A DNA stretch of 64,000 bases from Macrostomum hystrix. Lineage: Eukaryota > Animalia > Platyhelminthes. Under the pieces are notes generated by a model. It worked only from the letters and a program-made list of their open reading frames with translations. It did no database searches and was not told where the DNA came from. Every line of letters starts with the position of its first letter. Within the stretch, counting starts at the first letter, position 1. Made by a program: the position numbers and the translations under genes. Positions 49,730 through 62,433 of this stretch are shown here, piece after piece. The stretch lies in NCBI GenBank assembly GCA_950097015.1, contig CATNEN010000007.1, positions 806,001 through 870,000 on the forward strand. Reading direction: 5' to 3'.

Positions 49730-50452
49730 CCGACAGACTGAATGCAGGGTGTGGGAAGGCATGTGACAGACTGAATGCAGGGTGTGGGAAGGCATGTGAC
49801 AGACTGAATGCAGGGTGTGGGAAGGCTTGTGACAGACTGAATGCAGGGTGTGGGAAGGCTTGTGACAGACTGAATGCAGGGTGTGGGAAGGCTTGTGACA
49901 GACTGAATGCAGGGTGTGGGAAGGCATGTGACAGACTGAATGCAGGGTGTGGGAAGGCTTGTGACAGACTGAATGCAGGGTGTGGGAAGGCTTGTGACAG
50001 ACTGAATGCAGGGTGTGGGAAGGCATGTGACAGACTGAATGCAGGGTGTGGGAAGGCATGTGACATACTGAATGCAGGGTGTGGGAAGGCTTGTGACAGA
50101 CTGAATGCAGGGTGTGGGAAGGCTTGTGACAGACTGAATGCAGGGTGTGGGAAGGCTTGTGACAGACTGAATGCAGGGTGTGGGAAGGCATGTGACAGAC
50201 TGAATGCAGGGTGTGGGAAGGCTTGTGACAGACTGAATGCAGGGTGTGGGAAGGCATGTGACAGACTGAATGCAGGGTGTGGGAAGGCATGTGACAGACT
50301 GAATGCAGGGTGTGGGAAGGCTTGTGACAGACTGAATGCAGGGTGTGGGAAGGCATGTGACAGACTGAATGCAGGGTGTGGGAAGGCTTGTGACAGACTG
50401 AATGCAGGGTGTGGGAAGGCATGTGACAGAGTGAATGCAGGGTGTGGGAAAG
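49730..50452. repeat. 33-bp minisatellite GACAGACTGAATGCAGGGTGTGGGAAGGC(A/T)TGT, about 22 copies
   Basis: Period 33; yields 11-aa repeat ORFs in four frames. Confidence 0.97.
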
Positions 50453-51173
50453 CATCGGTAGAAAAGAACTGAAGCTGAAAACCAAGCAAAAAAGCAATTA
50501 ACAGAAATGACAACTTGCATTGACTCTAACGCGGATGTATGCTGGCAATAGTGTATATTTGCAGAGGATGACTATGGTTATTATGAAATCGAATGCACAT
50601 TTTAAACAGGTGACTTTCCCCAGCTGCCTAGGAGGCTGCAGTGATAACAACAATATGCATTGCGAGATAAACACACTTAGCACGGACCGGAATTTCACCT
50701 GGCAGACAAAGAAGCAAGCGAGTATTCAATATTCTTTTAGAAGCAGAAAAGGAAGCGATTAGCGCGGAAAGCAACATGCGAAGCGGGAATTTTCATTAGA
50801 ATTAAAATAAATTACACATGCAAAATAAAGTTATGTAAATGAGATAATAATGAAACTCAATGGAAAAAATTAACAGTTAATTTTCAGCATCTACTCGTAG
50901 AAGATAAGAGAAATCACTGAGATCTGTCGATTCACAAATAAACTTTTTGGGGAAGGATAGACAGGCGTCAGGGGTTTAGCTTGGTTTTATTATATTAAAC
51001 AATTAACTCATCTGAAAAGACACACACACAAACATAGCTACTGAGGTTAGTAGCATAATACGAGAATTATCGTTTTAATTTAAAACATTAACAATGAACA
51101 AATAGGCAAACTTGGCACTGGGAATTCAGAGTAGAATTTCTAACAGAGTTGAAGGTTAAAGAAGAATTCGGTC

Positions 51174-51818
51174 TCACAGCTGGTGCCGGAAACGACAGGA
51201 AGCCCCGCGTGTACAGGCGCCCCGGTGCCGGCCGCCGTGGAACCACATTCGACAGACACCCCTAGGTGGATGCGGCAAGTGCTGCTGCTGCGGTGGCAAC
51301 GGACCGCCTGCGGCGTGCTGGAATCGCGGATGATGCAGAGGCGGATGAGTCTGGCTGAATGGAGCCGGGGCAAGGCCGCGGCCACGGTGGGCCGGGCCGG
51401 GGCGCGGAAACTGATGCGGCTGATGATGCGGCGGTGGCGGTAGCGGATGGTAGCCTCCGCCGGGCGGCACCGGGCCCACTTGAAATGGCGGCTGCGGCTG
51501 TGACGGTGGTGGAGGCGGCGGCGGCATCGGGTGTCCGGGCGGGAACACGGCCCGCAGGACCTGGGAGAACATGCCGCTGGCGGCTAATTCTCCGCGCAGC
51601 GGTTCCAACAATTGGCGAATCCTATCGACTGTGAGATCCTCGGATTGGGTGCTCAGGTCCGGATAGCGCGACTTTAATAGATTCCACAGCATCTCCTTCA
51701 CCGAGCTGGCTGATGCTGGAGCTCCGGCCGGGTCGGGCGGCGGCTGCGGCTGCGGCGGTGGGACCGCTGCTGACGCTGCTGATATACCGCTGGTGACTTG
51801 CTTCAGGATGTCGGCAAT
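51174..51818 (-). CDS. PPP1R10: PNUTS last exon (Pro/His/Gly-rich region, C-terminal CCCH zinc finger)
   Basis: Acceptor CTAG|ATT phase 0; ends CRMWFHGGRHRGACTRGASCRFRHQL*. Confidence 0.85.
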   Translation of the reverse strand: MADILKQVTSGISAASAAVPPPQPQPPPDPAGAPASASSVKEMLWNLLKSRYPDLSTQSEDLTVDRIRQLLEPLRGELAASGMFSQVLRAVFPPGHPMPPPPPPPSQPQPPFQVGPVPPGGGYHPLPPPPHHQPHQFPRPGPAHRGRGLAPAPFSQTHPPLHHPRFQHAAGGPLPPQQQHLPHPPRGVCRMWFHGGRHRGACTRGASCRFRHQL

Positions 51819-51879
51819 CTAGATTATGTATAGGGTCAAGTGACGTATGAACTCCGTATTGAAACTTGGGATCAGGCAA

Positions 51880-52080
51880 GATGACTCAAACTGAGGATCT
51901 GGTAAGACAAATCAAAATTAGGATCTGGGAAGGTACCTAAACTGAGGATCAGGCAAGATGACTCAATATGAAGATCAGGTAAGACGACTCAAACTGAGGA
52001 TCATGTTAGACGACTCAAAATGAGGATCTTGTAAGATAAATCAAAATTAGGATCCGGGAAGGTGCCTAAACTGATGATCT
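51880..52080. repeat. Degenerate repeats (AAACTGAGGATC / GACTCAAA) filling a PNUTS intron
   Basis: Direct reading. Confidence 0.7.
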
Positions 52081-52104
52081 GGGAAAATGCGTGAAAAACC
52101 TCAC

Positions 52105-52591
52105 CTCTGGCTTCAAGGAGATGCCGCCACCGCCAGTGGTGTCTCGGACTGCCTGCAGCAGCTGATGTGTTGTCGGCTCAGACACTGGCGCAGGGCCATT
52201 GGTGCCAGCTACAGGCGGGGTTAAAGCGGAGAAAGTCGCAGGAACAGGGGCTGCAGTCGATGCCACAGTCGTCACTGTCGTTGAAGAACCCGAAGCGGCA
52301 GCAACTGTAGCCGCAGTCTCCGACGCTGACGCAGTAACAGTAGCAGTGGAATCGACGGCCTCTAGGACTGGGCCATTGACTGTGTTAGGCGCGTTCGCAC
52401 TGGTGGCAGCAACCGCGGCTACAGCAGACACGCTCTCCAACGGAATGACAGTCGGCTCTTCGGCGTCGAAGTGCTCAACGTCTGGCTCAGCGGGGCTGGG
52501 CGGAGTGGCCGCCAGGCTGAAATAGATCACCTGCAGCATGGTCTCCTGTCGCTTGGCCTGCTTCGCACGCTCCGTTGATTTGGCACCGGAT
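52105..52591 (-). CDS. PPP1R10: PNUTS middle exon
   Basis: Acceptor CCAG|A phase 2; SGAKSTERAKQAKRQETMLQVIYF...PPSPAEPD matches the recalled PNUTS S.E...Q..RE...L...SP.EPD block; donor GAG|GTGAGG. Confidence 0.87.
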
Positions 52592-52644
52592 CTGGCGCGA
52601 ATTTGAATTTGCGAGCGGACGGTTGGGAAAATGTAAACTCATGA

Positions 52645-53150
52645 TTTGTCGCTAATGAAACAATCAGACCTCTTCCTTAGAATGAAACAATCAGACCTCT
52701 TCCTTAGGAGGAAACCAGGATTTGTTACTATTGTAACAATCAGACCTCTTTCTTAGGAGGAAATCAGGATTTGTCGCTAATGAAACAATCAGAACTCCTT
52801 CTTCGGAGGAAATCAGGATTGGTTGCTAATGAAACAATCAGAACTCCTTCTTGGGAGGAAATCAGGATTTGTCGCTAATGAAACAATCAGAACTCCTTCT
52901 TTGGAGGAAATCAGGATTGGTTGCTAATGAAACAATCAGAACTCCTTCTTGGGAGGAAATCAGGATTTGTCGCTAATGAAACAATCAGAACTCCTTCTTT
53001 GGAGGAAATCAGGATTGGTTGCTAATGAAACAATCAGAACTCCTTCGGAGGAGGAAATCAGGATTTGTCGCTAATGAAACAATCAGAACTACTTCTTCGG
53101 AAGAAATCAGGATTGGTTGCTAATGAAACAATCAGAGCTCCTCTTTAGGA
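52645..53150. repeat. 49-bp tandem repeat, about 10 copies, in a PNUTS intron
   Basis: AGGAAATCAGGATT(TGTCG/GGTTG)CTAATGAAACAATCAGAACTCCTTCTT. Confidence 0.92.
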
Positions 53151-53267
53151 TAAAATCGGATGCATAATTAGGTTTCGTTGTGATTATAAAAATTCATAAC
53201 TTCACCCAGGAAACCGGATACAAAACCTGGATATTCTACGCTTTGGAATTCACCCCACAACACTCAC

Positions 53268-54724
53268 CGATGCAAAGTCGAGTAATCCGGCATTCCATGA
53301 ATTCTGTGCGGCTTGTACCACACAATGGCTTTGGTAACATCGGCGCCGTATTCGTCGGAGCCGGTACCTCCACTACGTCTAGCTCTGGTGAGCAGCTCGC
53401 ATTCTCTTTCGTGCTCCCGCCGGGCCATCTCCTCGACGCTGGAGCCCTCAGAGCCAACCGGCAGCTGCTGGACGGCGGACGAAATCGTCGACCGACGCTC
53501 ACTGGGATCCAATTCAAAATAGAACACCTGCTCCAGTGAGTCGAAATGAGCCCATGTAACACGCTTGCGATACTTCTGCTGCTGCTGCTGCTGTTTTACA
53601 GGCTTGCTAGGCTCAACAGCTTCAACTTTCTCTACTGTAGGCTTGACAGGAACAGCTGGGGTTGCTGATGAAGTCGGCGTCGATTCGACACTTGACGCCG
53701 CCGACGCTAAAGGCGAGGTAGCCGACGCTGCTGGTCGCTTTTTGCGAACAATCTTTGGCAGAGCGGATCGACTAACGCCAAACAGTGAGTCCATGAGAAA
53801 CTGGGAGCCGTCAGTTTTAGCTGTGGATGATTTGGACTCCGGCTCCATCGACGCCGGTGGATGAACCTCGATTGACGAATGTATGGACTCCAGATCGCTG
53901 CTCTGCTGCTGCTGTTGCTCCAAGCGGCTGCGCTTGGCCGGCAAAGCAGAAGATTGCTCACCAACCAGCTGGCTTTGCTGCTTTCTTTTAGTCGCATTGC
54001 CGGGCTGCTGCCGCTTCTGGTCAGATTGACTGTTCATCACTACAAGTTCATCCAGTGCCAGCAGGTTGGTGTCGCGAAAATTAGCTGGAGCTGTACGCAC
54101 AGTGGACAATGCCTGCTGCTGAACCGGCTCCTCCTTGTCCGGCTTTTCTTTTTTCTTTCTCTTCTTCTCTTTTTTGTCCTTTTTCTTTTTCTGTTTGACA
54201 GCTTCGGAGCCGGAGGTGTTCGCAGCTGAACGCTCGTCGCCGCTATCGGCCCTGGCGGCGACAGCGGCTGCGGCCTCCTCCTCTGCGGCGGCCTTGATGC
54301 AGGCCAGCCAGCGCTCCACCACATTGGCCGCCAGTGGAGCCAGCTCTGAACCGGTGAGGCGAGCGATCTGCTTCACGAGCTTGGCGGAGTTGTTGGCCTG
54401 AAGCATTTCAACACCAACTGGCAGGCGAAGAAACACATCCAAAAGTAGTTTCTGCAGCGAAGTGTCAGACTGTGAATAGGCAAGGTTTAACCAGTCGTTA
54501 AGCAACTTCCAGCCATCTTGACGGCAGAACTCAGCTAATAGTGCAGTGTCAACCGTGTACTTTAATATGTTGAGCATTATGGTCTTGTTAACGAGCTTAT
54601 GGGCTTGCTGCATGACAGCACAGAGTTGCGCTACGGAATCGCGCGAACGGATGCCGCCGCGATCGTCAATGAGGCCATCGCGGGCCAGCTGAGTGACGAG
54701 TTCCAGATTCTGCGCCTCAGACTC
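53268..54724 (-). CDS. PPP1R10: PNUTS large exon (TFIIS N-terminal-like domain, Lys-rich NLS, PP1-binding KRVTW)
   Basis: Acceptor TTTCAG|GAG; LNIL...GWKLLNDWL...LLLDVFLRLPV; RKRVTW...FYFELDPSER; donor CG|GTGAGT; initiator Met not located. Confidence 0.9.
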
Positions 54725-55796
54725 CTGAAATAAACGGACGAATAAATATTTATTTTAACTTCATTTCCTTTTTTTCTCCGACCACTTTAAAAGGTAAATA
54801 TTCTAAGCTGGCCTACTTACTTAGTAGTATGAAGCGACTACTAAGGAAATTTTACAGTTTTTCTTTTTATATAATAAATATCACTTTGCAACGTTTTTGC
54901 CTAAAAATATAGTAAGCTGATATCGTTCTTAGTTCACGATTTTATCAGCGCACAGGTGTCTACTAAAGTACGAGACGAATGACTTTATTATTAACTATTT
55001 TCCTTTGCCTTTTGGTAGGTAGCATTGTTTGTTTCAAATTCTGTTTATGCGGAAAGTACAGCTATATACGAATTAGATACAAAATTGCTCCGTTTTTTTG
55101 CTTTTTTAGTCAGTAAAACATAGTTTTTTGTTTTGAAAGGCAAATGAAAACTATCCAACCCGAAGAGTTGCTCATTGAAATATCCCAAACACTGGAAGCC
55201 TTTGGGATAAATAAGCTTGTTAAAGTGGTGGACTTCCACTTTAACAAGGTGCGGTTTATTTTTAATAAAAGACAAAAAATACAAATGAAACAAGCAGGTT
55301 TTCTTTGAAAACTGTTCTGTATAAAACTGGATTTTAGCGAATGTGTTAAGGATAGACAGAATTCAAATGAATATAGAAAAAAAACAAAAAGCTGACAAAT
55401 AATAAATATCTCGCTACTAATAAAATAAAAAGTCAATATTGATTTCTTAATGGAAGCAATGTTATAAAATGTTTCGCAAATTGTCTTGGTCAAATTATTT
55501 TGGTTCGTTGAAACTATTTACAGTAAAAAAACAAGACATTGGATAGAAAAAACATTGGAATGTTATCGCCGGGGTTAGCACAAAATGGAACGGACGCTAC
55601 ATGTCAAACAGCCTTTTCAGATATAGAAGTATTATACCGAAGTAAATAATAAAACACTAATTTGAAGGTCATAATTGAGTTAGATGGAAACTGGTAGCAA
55701 CACAAATTAAGATGCAAAAAGGACAAACCTTACAATATAGCACGCAAATAACGTTCCTAAAATCCCTTGGTATTGATGATCAGGTGAATGGGCAGT

Positions 55797-56640
55797 CAGG
55801 GATCTGATGTTTGGAAGTGGAGACCTAATGATTGGAAAGTGGGGATCTGATGATTGGGAAGTGGGGATCTGACGATTGGGAAGTGGGGATCTATGATTGG
55901 GAAGTGGGGATCTGATGTTTGGAAGTGGGGATCTGATCATTGGGAAGTGGGGATCTGATGATTGGGAAGTGGGGATCTGATGTTTGGAAGTGGGGATCTG
56001 ATGATTGGGAAGTGGGGATCTGATGATTGGGAAGTGGGATCTGACGATTGGGAAGTGGGGATCTATGATTGGGAAGTGGGGATCTATGATTGGGAAGAGG
56101 GATCTGATGATTGGGAAGTGGGGATCTGATGTTTGGAAGTGGGGATCTGATCATTGGGAAGTGGGGATCTATGATTGGGAAGTGGGGATCTAATGTTTGG
56201 AAGTGGGGATCTGATGATTGGGAAGTGGGGATCTGATGATTGGGAAGTGGGGATCTGACGATTGGGAAGTGGGGATCTATGATTGGGAAGAGGGATCTGA
56301 TGATTGGGAAGTGGGGATCTGATGTTTGGAAGTGGGGATCTGATGATTGGGAAGTGGGGATCTATGATTGGGAAGTGGGGATCTATGATTGGGAAGTGGG
56401 GATCTGATGTTTGGAAGTGGGGATCTGATGATTGGGAAGTGGGATCTGACGATTGGGAAGTGGGGATCTATGATTGGGAAGTGGGGATCTATGATTGGGA
56501 AGAGGGATCTGATGATTGGGAAGTGGGGATTTGATCATTGGGAATTGTGGATCTGATCATTGGGAATTGGGGATCTGATGATTAGGAAAGTGGAGATCTA
56601 ATTTAAATGGGTAAGGGGATCTGATGATTGGGGATCTGAT
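55797..56640. repeat. 22-bp G-rich minisatellite GATTGGGAAGTGGGGATCTGAT
   Basis: Direct reading. Confidence 0.95.
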
Positions 56641-56795
56641 GATGGAAGCAAGAAATATTAAGACAGTAAAACCTGCTTATTAATTTTTCATCTACACCAA
56701 AAAATTAAAGAACATAAACTCCAATAGCTACGATTTGGACCTAGCAACAAAGCACACCAGTCATAATTTCAGAGCATATAATCCTTTTCAGATAC

Positions 56796-57052
56796 TCAAG
56801 AAGCCGAACTGAACGATCGCAGCATTAGCCAGATGGTGCCCAAGCCGGCAGTGACAATGGCATTGAACTGGAAGCCTCCGCCAAGCCTGCTAGCGGCATT
56901 GCAGCCGTGCTTGTTGTTGCAGTGGCAATAGCGCATCTTCACTCGCAAAGTGCCCAATCGTTCTGTGCACCAGCGGCCCTCCTCCTGACCAATTTCGCCG
57001 TGCACTGCGCAGTCGCGAATGTAGCGCCTGTCCCAGCTGCCGTCGAAATAGG
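56796..57052 (-). CDS. crok: Crooked-like Ly6/uPAR three-finger protein, last exon with GPI-type hydrophobic tail
   Basis: Acceptor TTGCCCAG|CC phase 1; RYIRDCAVHGE.G...R.C..R.G...YCHCNNKHGCNAA then a hydrophobic end; identity from recalled motif pattern. Confidence 0.8.
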
Positions 57053-57109
57053 CTGGGCAAGGGGGAACAGCGAGTTATAAAAAAATTGTCTTGCGATTTT
57101 TTCCGACTA

Positions 57110-58260
57110 TCTGAGATTCACATTCCAATTTTAAAGATCCCTATTCCAAATACTTAAGATCCCATTACAGATTTCAAAGATCCCCATTACAGATATTAAA
57201 TATCCCCATTACAGACATTAAAGATTCCCATTCCAGATACTAAAGATCCCGATCCCGAATATGAAAGATCCCATTCCAAAATTAAAGATCCCGATCCCGA
57301 ATATGAAAGATCCCATTCCAAAATTAAAGATCCCCATCCCGAATATGAAAGATCCCACCCCAAAATTAAAGATTCCCATCCCGAATATGAAAGATCCCAT
57401 TCCAAAATTGAAGATTCCCATCCCGAATATGAAAGATCCCATTTCAAAATTGAAGATTCCCATTTCAAAATTGAAGATTCCCATCCCGAATATGAAAGAT
57501 CCCATTCCAAAATTAAAGATCCCCATCCCGAATATGAAAGATCCCATTCCAAAATTGAAGATTCCCATCCCGAATATGAAAGATCCCATTCCAAAATTGA
57601 AGATTCCCATCCCGAATATGAAAGATCCCATTCCAAAATTGAAGATTCCCATCCCGAATATGAAAGATCCCATTCCAAAATTGAAGATTCCCATCCCGAA
57701 TATGAAAGATCCCATTCCAAAATTGAAGATTCCCATCCCGAATATGAAAGATCCCATTCCAAAATTAAAGATTCCCATCCCGAATATGAAAGATCCCATT
57801 TCAAAATTAAAGATTCCCATTCCAAAATTGAAGATTCCCATTCCAAAATTGAAGATTCCCATTCCAAAATTGAAGATTCCCATTCCAAAATTAAAGATTC
57901 CCATCCCGAATATGAAAGATCCCATTTCAAAATTGAAGATTCCCATTCCAAAATTAAAGATTCCCATCCCGAATATGAAAGATCCCATTTCAAAATTGAA
58001 GATTCCCATTCCAAAATTAAAGATTCCCATCCCGAATATGAAAGATCCCATTCCAAAATTGAAGATTCCCATTCCAAAATTGAAGATTCCCATTTAAAAC
58101 ATTAGAGATCCCTTTCCGAATATTAAACATCCCATTCCGAATATTAAACATCCCATTCCGAATATTAAACATCCCATTCCGAATATTAAACATCCCATTC
58201 CGAATATTAAACATCCCATTCCGAATATTAAACATCCTATTCCGATCATTACAGATCCAC
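57110..58260. repeat. 21/42-bp minisatellite (AAGATTCCCATTCCAAAATTG and AAGATTCCCATCCCGAATATG units) in the Ly6 intron
   Basis: Direct reading; source of the IPKLK/IPNMKD ORFs. Confidence 0.95.
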
Positions 58261-58633
58261 ATTCTGAATATAAAATATCCTATTACATTTTACATGCCCT
58301 GCCTAGTTGCAGCGAACTCCAATCTAATAGTAAAGCATACGCAAATCACACAACAATCTCGCCAAAAATTTACTCAATGTAGGAACTATTTATCGAATTG
58401 AAAGCTACAACCAATTAGTATTCGAATAGCATTTTCAATCCGCGAATTAGTTCCTATTGTTGTTCAATTTATTGTTTGGCACGCGTCTTATAATTCCATT
58501 TCACCATCTCACCGATATTATAGGAAATGGAATAAAGTTTTTATTGCATGCCACTGTTTTTTATTTGCTATAAAATTATAATAATCGGAAAGCTGCTCAA
58601 TGCCAAGTTAAAGGCCTTGCTAAAGAACACAAA

Positions 58634-58708
58634 TAGTTCCAGTGGACTCGGGAATCGAACCACTGACTTTCACGTCGTAACTCTGACGCTCTAAGCACTA
58701 GGCTACAA
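58634..58708 (-). pseudogene. Degenerate tRNA-like sequence (SINE head or tRNA pseudogene)
   Basis: TAGCCTAGTG (A box) and GGTTCGATTCC (B box); anticodon stem does not pair. Confidence 0.45.
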
Positions 58709-58764
58709 TTCACCTTTGATTGTGAGCTTAGTAAATAGTTTAAACAAAAATATTGCAAACTCAC

Positions 58765-58911
58765 TCTCTTGAATGATCTTTCTGCACATTGTGTAGTTCT
58801 TGTCGCCGGGGCAGGGTTCAATGAGGCGGGTCCTATTATCGAAGAAGTCCACACAGCGGTGGTCCAGAAACGAATTGCAAATGTAGCAGTGGAAGACTGT
58901 GTTGTTGGTTG
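58765..58911 (-). CDS. crok: Crooked-like Ly6/uPAR protein, internal exon
   Basis: Acceptor AACCCAG|CA; FHCYICNSFLDHRCVDFFDNRTRLIEPC...TMCRKIIQE; donor GAG A|GTGAGT phase 1 matches the last exon; signal-peptide exon not found. Confidence 0.8.
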
Positions 58912-61815
58912 CTGGGTTAAAGAAAAAAATAATATGATTATCTATGTCAGATAAAGCAATAAGCAATAAAGCAACAAAAATAATGAGATTTTATTAGGAA
59001 AAAGTTTCTTTAAATGTTCTCCTATTTACCAAAAATACCTAAATAACTTACTGAAATTTATTGCTACAATTAAAACGTTTATTTCAATGGACATACGAGT
59101 ACAAGAATTGTTTCGCAAAAATAAGAATCATAATGTAGGAACCATTTATCAAATTGAAAGTAAGACAAAAAAGCATTTCAATTTGCGCATTAGCTCCATA
59201 GCAACAAATGCATATAATATAGCACACAGATTACTCCATGCTACTCACTATATTAGACAATAGGATCTAGCTTTTAATGTGTGCAAGTGTTTAAATAGAA
59301 GAAAGACCTGGCTGTCCACAAAGTAATTAGAGAAGGCATATAAAAAATCAAATGAATATGAATTTTAAAATATACGAATTTCTACAAAATGTATTTTTTT
59401 AAATACATTAATGGCAGTCTGTAAGCCATGAAACATGTCTTTTTAAAAGGTTTCCAAATCCTTTAGATTTAGAATTTTTGTGTTTCAGGTAATATGACTT
59501 AAAATGTTAGAAAACAGAATTAGGTGATTTGGAACCATTAAAAGGGCATCTTAAGAAGAAACATATCATTTCTAAATCAAAATCTTATTTACTGCTATTT
59601 ACCATAAAAAATAAGCATGTTTTTCAAAGCTAAACTTTTTAAAGGCAACTATTTTTGAGGATAAAGAAATACAGTTTTCTTATTTTGTGCTTTTATATTC
59701 TACACTTCATTGTAGACCACATCCATACTTTCCTCTCTATTATGTAATAAAGTCTGAATGCAATTCCAACAGTAACTTCAGTCACCAACTTAGGCAGGCA
59801 AACAAGCTAGCAGTTGCAATGCCAGCAAGCAAGCAGTTGCATGCCAGCTAAATATTTAGATAGCAATTAGGTCTCAATAAAAATCTTTTAATAGGCAGTT
59901 AAATAAATAAGAAAAAAGTATATAGTTTGAACCTAAATTTAGGGGCACAGCTGCCATGCCAATAAGCTGCAATGTGGACATGGCTGCTATGTTCATTTTA
60001 TGGAGACATGGCTTGCTTATAATATGGTGCTATCTATAATTCCAGAACTTATAAGCAAGCCACAAACCCATATTAGGGAGATGGCAACTGTCAACAATAT
60101 TGACTCATGGCAGTTATTGCTTAGGGATATAAGGATAGAAAATTGCAGAATTAAAATGATGTTTATGTGCTACTTATGTGCTACTAAATATGACAATTTG
60201 CTTAGTAGCAGCCAGCACTGCAAATATCCTTATATACCCAGACACCACAAATACAAGTATCTCTTGCACACTATTCAATGAGTTAACAGCTAAGGTATGT
60301 AGTATCCATATAGCTGGAGCCTAACTAAATTTGTCAATAAATGAACTACAACTTGTTATACTGTACAGTGCACCATGGTGTTGTGGTACAAGGCTATAGA
60401 GCTTTTGCTATTATCTAATAATAAAATTGTAGTACATGCAATTGATCATGCATTATGGCCACTGTGCTTCTAATGTCTAGCATTATAGGTATGCTGGGCC
60501 ATGCTCCTATGTACTCAGCATTTTAAAACATAGCAAAAAAATTAAGGAAAAGCAAAAATTTTAGTGAAAAAATGAAAGTTTTGAAACTAATCAATTTCAA
60601 TTTCTTTACTTTAATAACTGTCTATAAAAAAGAATATTTAGAGTTTTAAACTAAAAAGAGAAGAAACTTTTTCTGAAACATAGACTTTGAGTTACTTTAA
60701 AAAAATTTAGCAATAGGCTGAAATCAATGAAATATCAAACCAAAAGCAGTATCATAATTTATATAATTTATGTACCCCTTATATAATGATTTTATAGTAA
60801 ACTAGACCTAATATTACAAGTTAAAAGTACAAAATTAGCCAGTTATGCTCCCGATTGGAATACAATTTCAGATCCTGCAGATGTACAACATGGGTTCAAA
60901 AGCATTATGCTTAGGTGCTGAGGATGTTAATTGCAAAATATAAAAGTGTTGGAATGGTGCAGCATGGCATGCCTTATTTAACTGATCTAGCAGTGGATGG
61001 TAGTACACTATCTATACAGATTTATTCTGATATGGGTTATGCATAAAAAACTTACTTTTTTATCTGGCAGAGAAGACATTTCAGATAATAATCAAATGTA
61101 GAGAAATTGACTATACCATATATATTGTCAATAGTACTCTATAGGTTATGTAAGGTAACAAACTAAAAATAAATAACCAAATTAAATCATCTTATACAAC
61201 ATAATACTAGCCACTACACTTGCTAAATAATGTATTACTATATTTTGTGGCAAGAACAATAACTGAAGCAGTGAAGCAGCAACTAGAAATATAAACATTT
61301 TTTTATTATCATAGCAAGCTTAGCTATAGAGCATAGTCAAATATAACAATTTGTTTGGAGAACATGTATGAAGGACTTACAATACAATGTATGTCAATGT
61401 CAATGTCATAGATAAGTATCATTTACAATCAAATAATAAGCTAACTATGAGAAGAACCTAGACAGGACAGTCCATAGTGTCAACATAATATTATGTAAAA
61501 GGGTAGACTAATGAATGAAATGTTTTTTATCAAGATAAAAAAGTAAGAAATAATGGTGACACACTTCATAGAGAGTACACCTAAGTTATTTGCATTACTT
61601 TAAATTCTTAATATACATTTAAAAATTTTTTGGACATAAGTTAAGTTTATTTAGTCCTTTGGCCAGCTCAGTCCTAGAAAAGTGAGTTTGATTTAGTCAG
61701 CACTTGAAGTTTACCGTAGACAATAGTAAAGAAATGAAATTGATTTAGTCAACTGCCACATTTTTAAACCATTCCATGACTTGATTTTAGTCAAAGTGAA
61801 TTATAGTTAGTCATC

Positions 61816-62110
61816 ATGGTGATAGCTATAGGCATTCTCAGAGTTACAATTTCTGAGCAGGACCGGCAAAGACTCATCAATGCTTTTTTGGCAATGTCAA
61901 TTGGCAGCAACTAGCCAGACAGCTAAACATTCCACGTTAGTCTGCCAGAAATGTAATCGTAAAATACAAACCAAGTGGACGCATTCAGGCATTGAGACAA
62001 GGTGGAAATAAGCCAGAAGCTTTAACTGAAGCTATGCTTGACAGCCCTGTTGAATTTGTTGGTGAAACACCCACCATGACGCTTAATGGCATGCGGCAGC
62101 TAGGCAACAG
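61816..62110 (+). pseudogene. Remnant of a Tc1/IS630-like transposase N-terminal HTH
   Basis: ISEQDRQRLINAF / WQQLARQLNIPR*SARNVIVKY...GGNKP..LT across one frameshift and a stop; no DDE domain seen. Confidence 0.5.
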
Positions 62111-62313
62111 GAATGCTGCCAATGCACTTGGCATCAAACTTCAAGAACACCACACCCGCATTCTTGAGAGCGAAATGGAGGTGAGTATGGCAGCTGTCAC
62201 ACAGCCTCACTACCAAGCCTGGCATCATGAGAGCCTTCGGTACATACCCCGTTGCATTGCCATGGAAGACATTATTGATTAAATTGAAAAGGGGAAGTGT
62301 TGTGACGTATAGA

Positions 62314-62433
62314 ATAATACCCCCCTGATTTCATTTCTTTGGCCTAGGAATGGCTGAGGACGCGTTTCTTGGCCCAGAAGCGCAGTCCAAAGCCGTTCCT
62401 AGGCTATAAACAACAATTTCAGGGGGGTATTAT
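62314..62433. mobile_element. 120-bp nested palindrome (possible Crypton end structure or mini-element)
   Basis: ATAATACCCCCCTGA pairs with TCAGGGGGGTATTAT; GCCTAGGAATGGCT pairs with AGCCGTTCCTAGGC (1 mismatch). Confidence 0.65.

Noticed and set aside
46472-50520. ER-rich, SP-rich and DRLNAGCGKAC repeat ORFs
   Set aside because: Products of AG satellite and the 33-bp minisatellite; open in several frames at once
55707-58262. GMGIFNF/IPKLK and MIGKWGS repeat ORFs
   Set aside because: Minisatellite translations; the larger array lies inside the Ly6 intron
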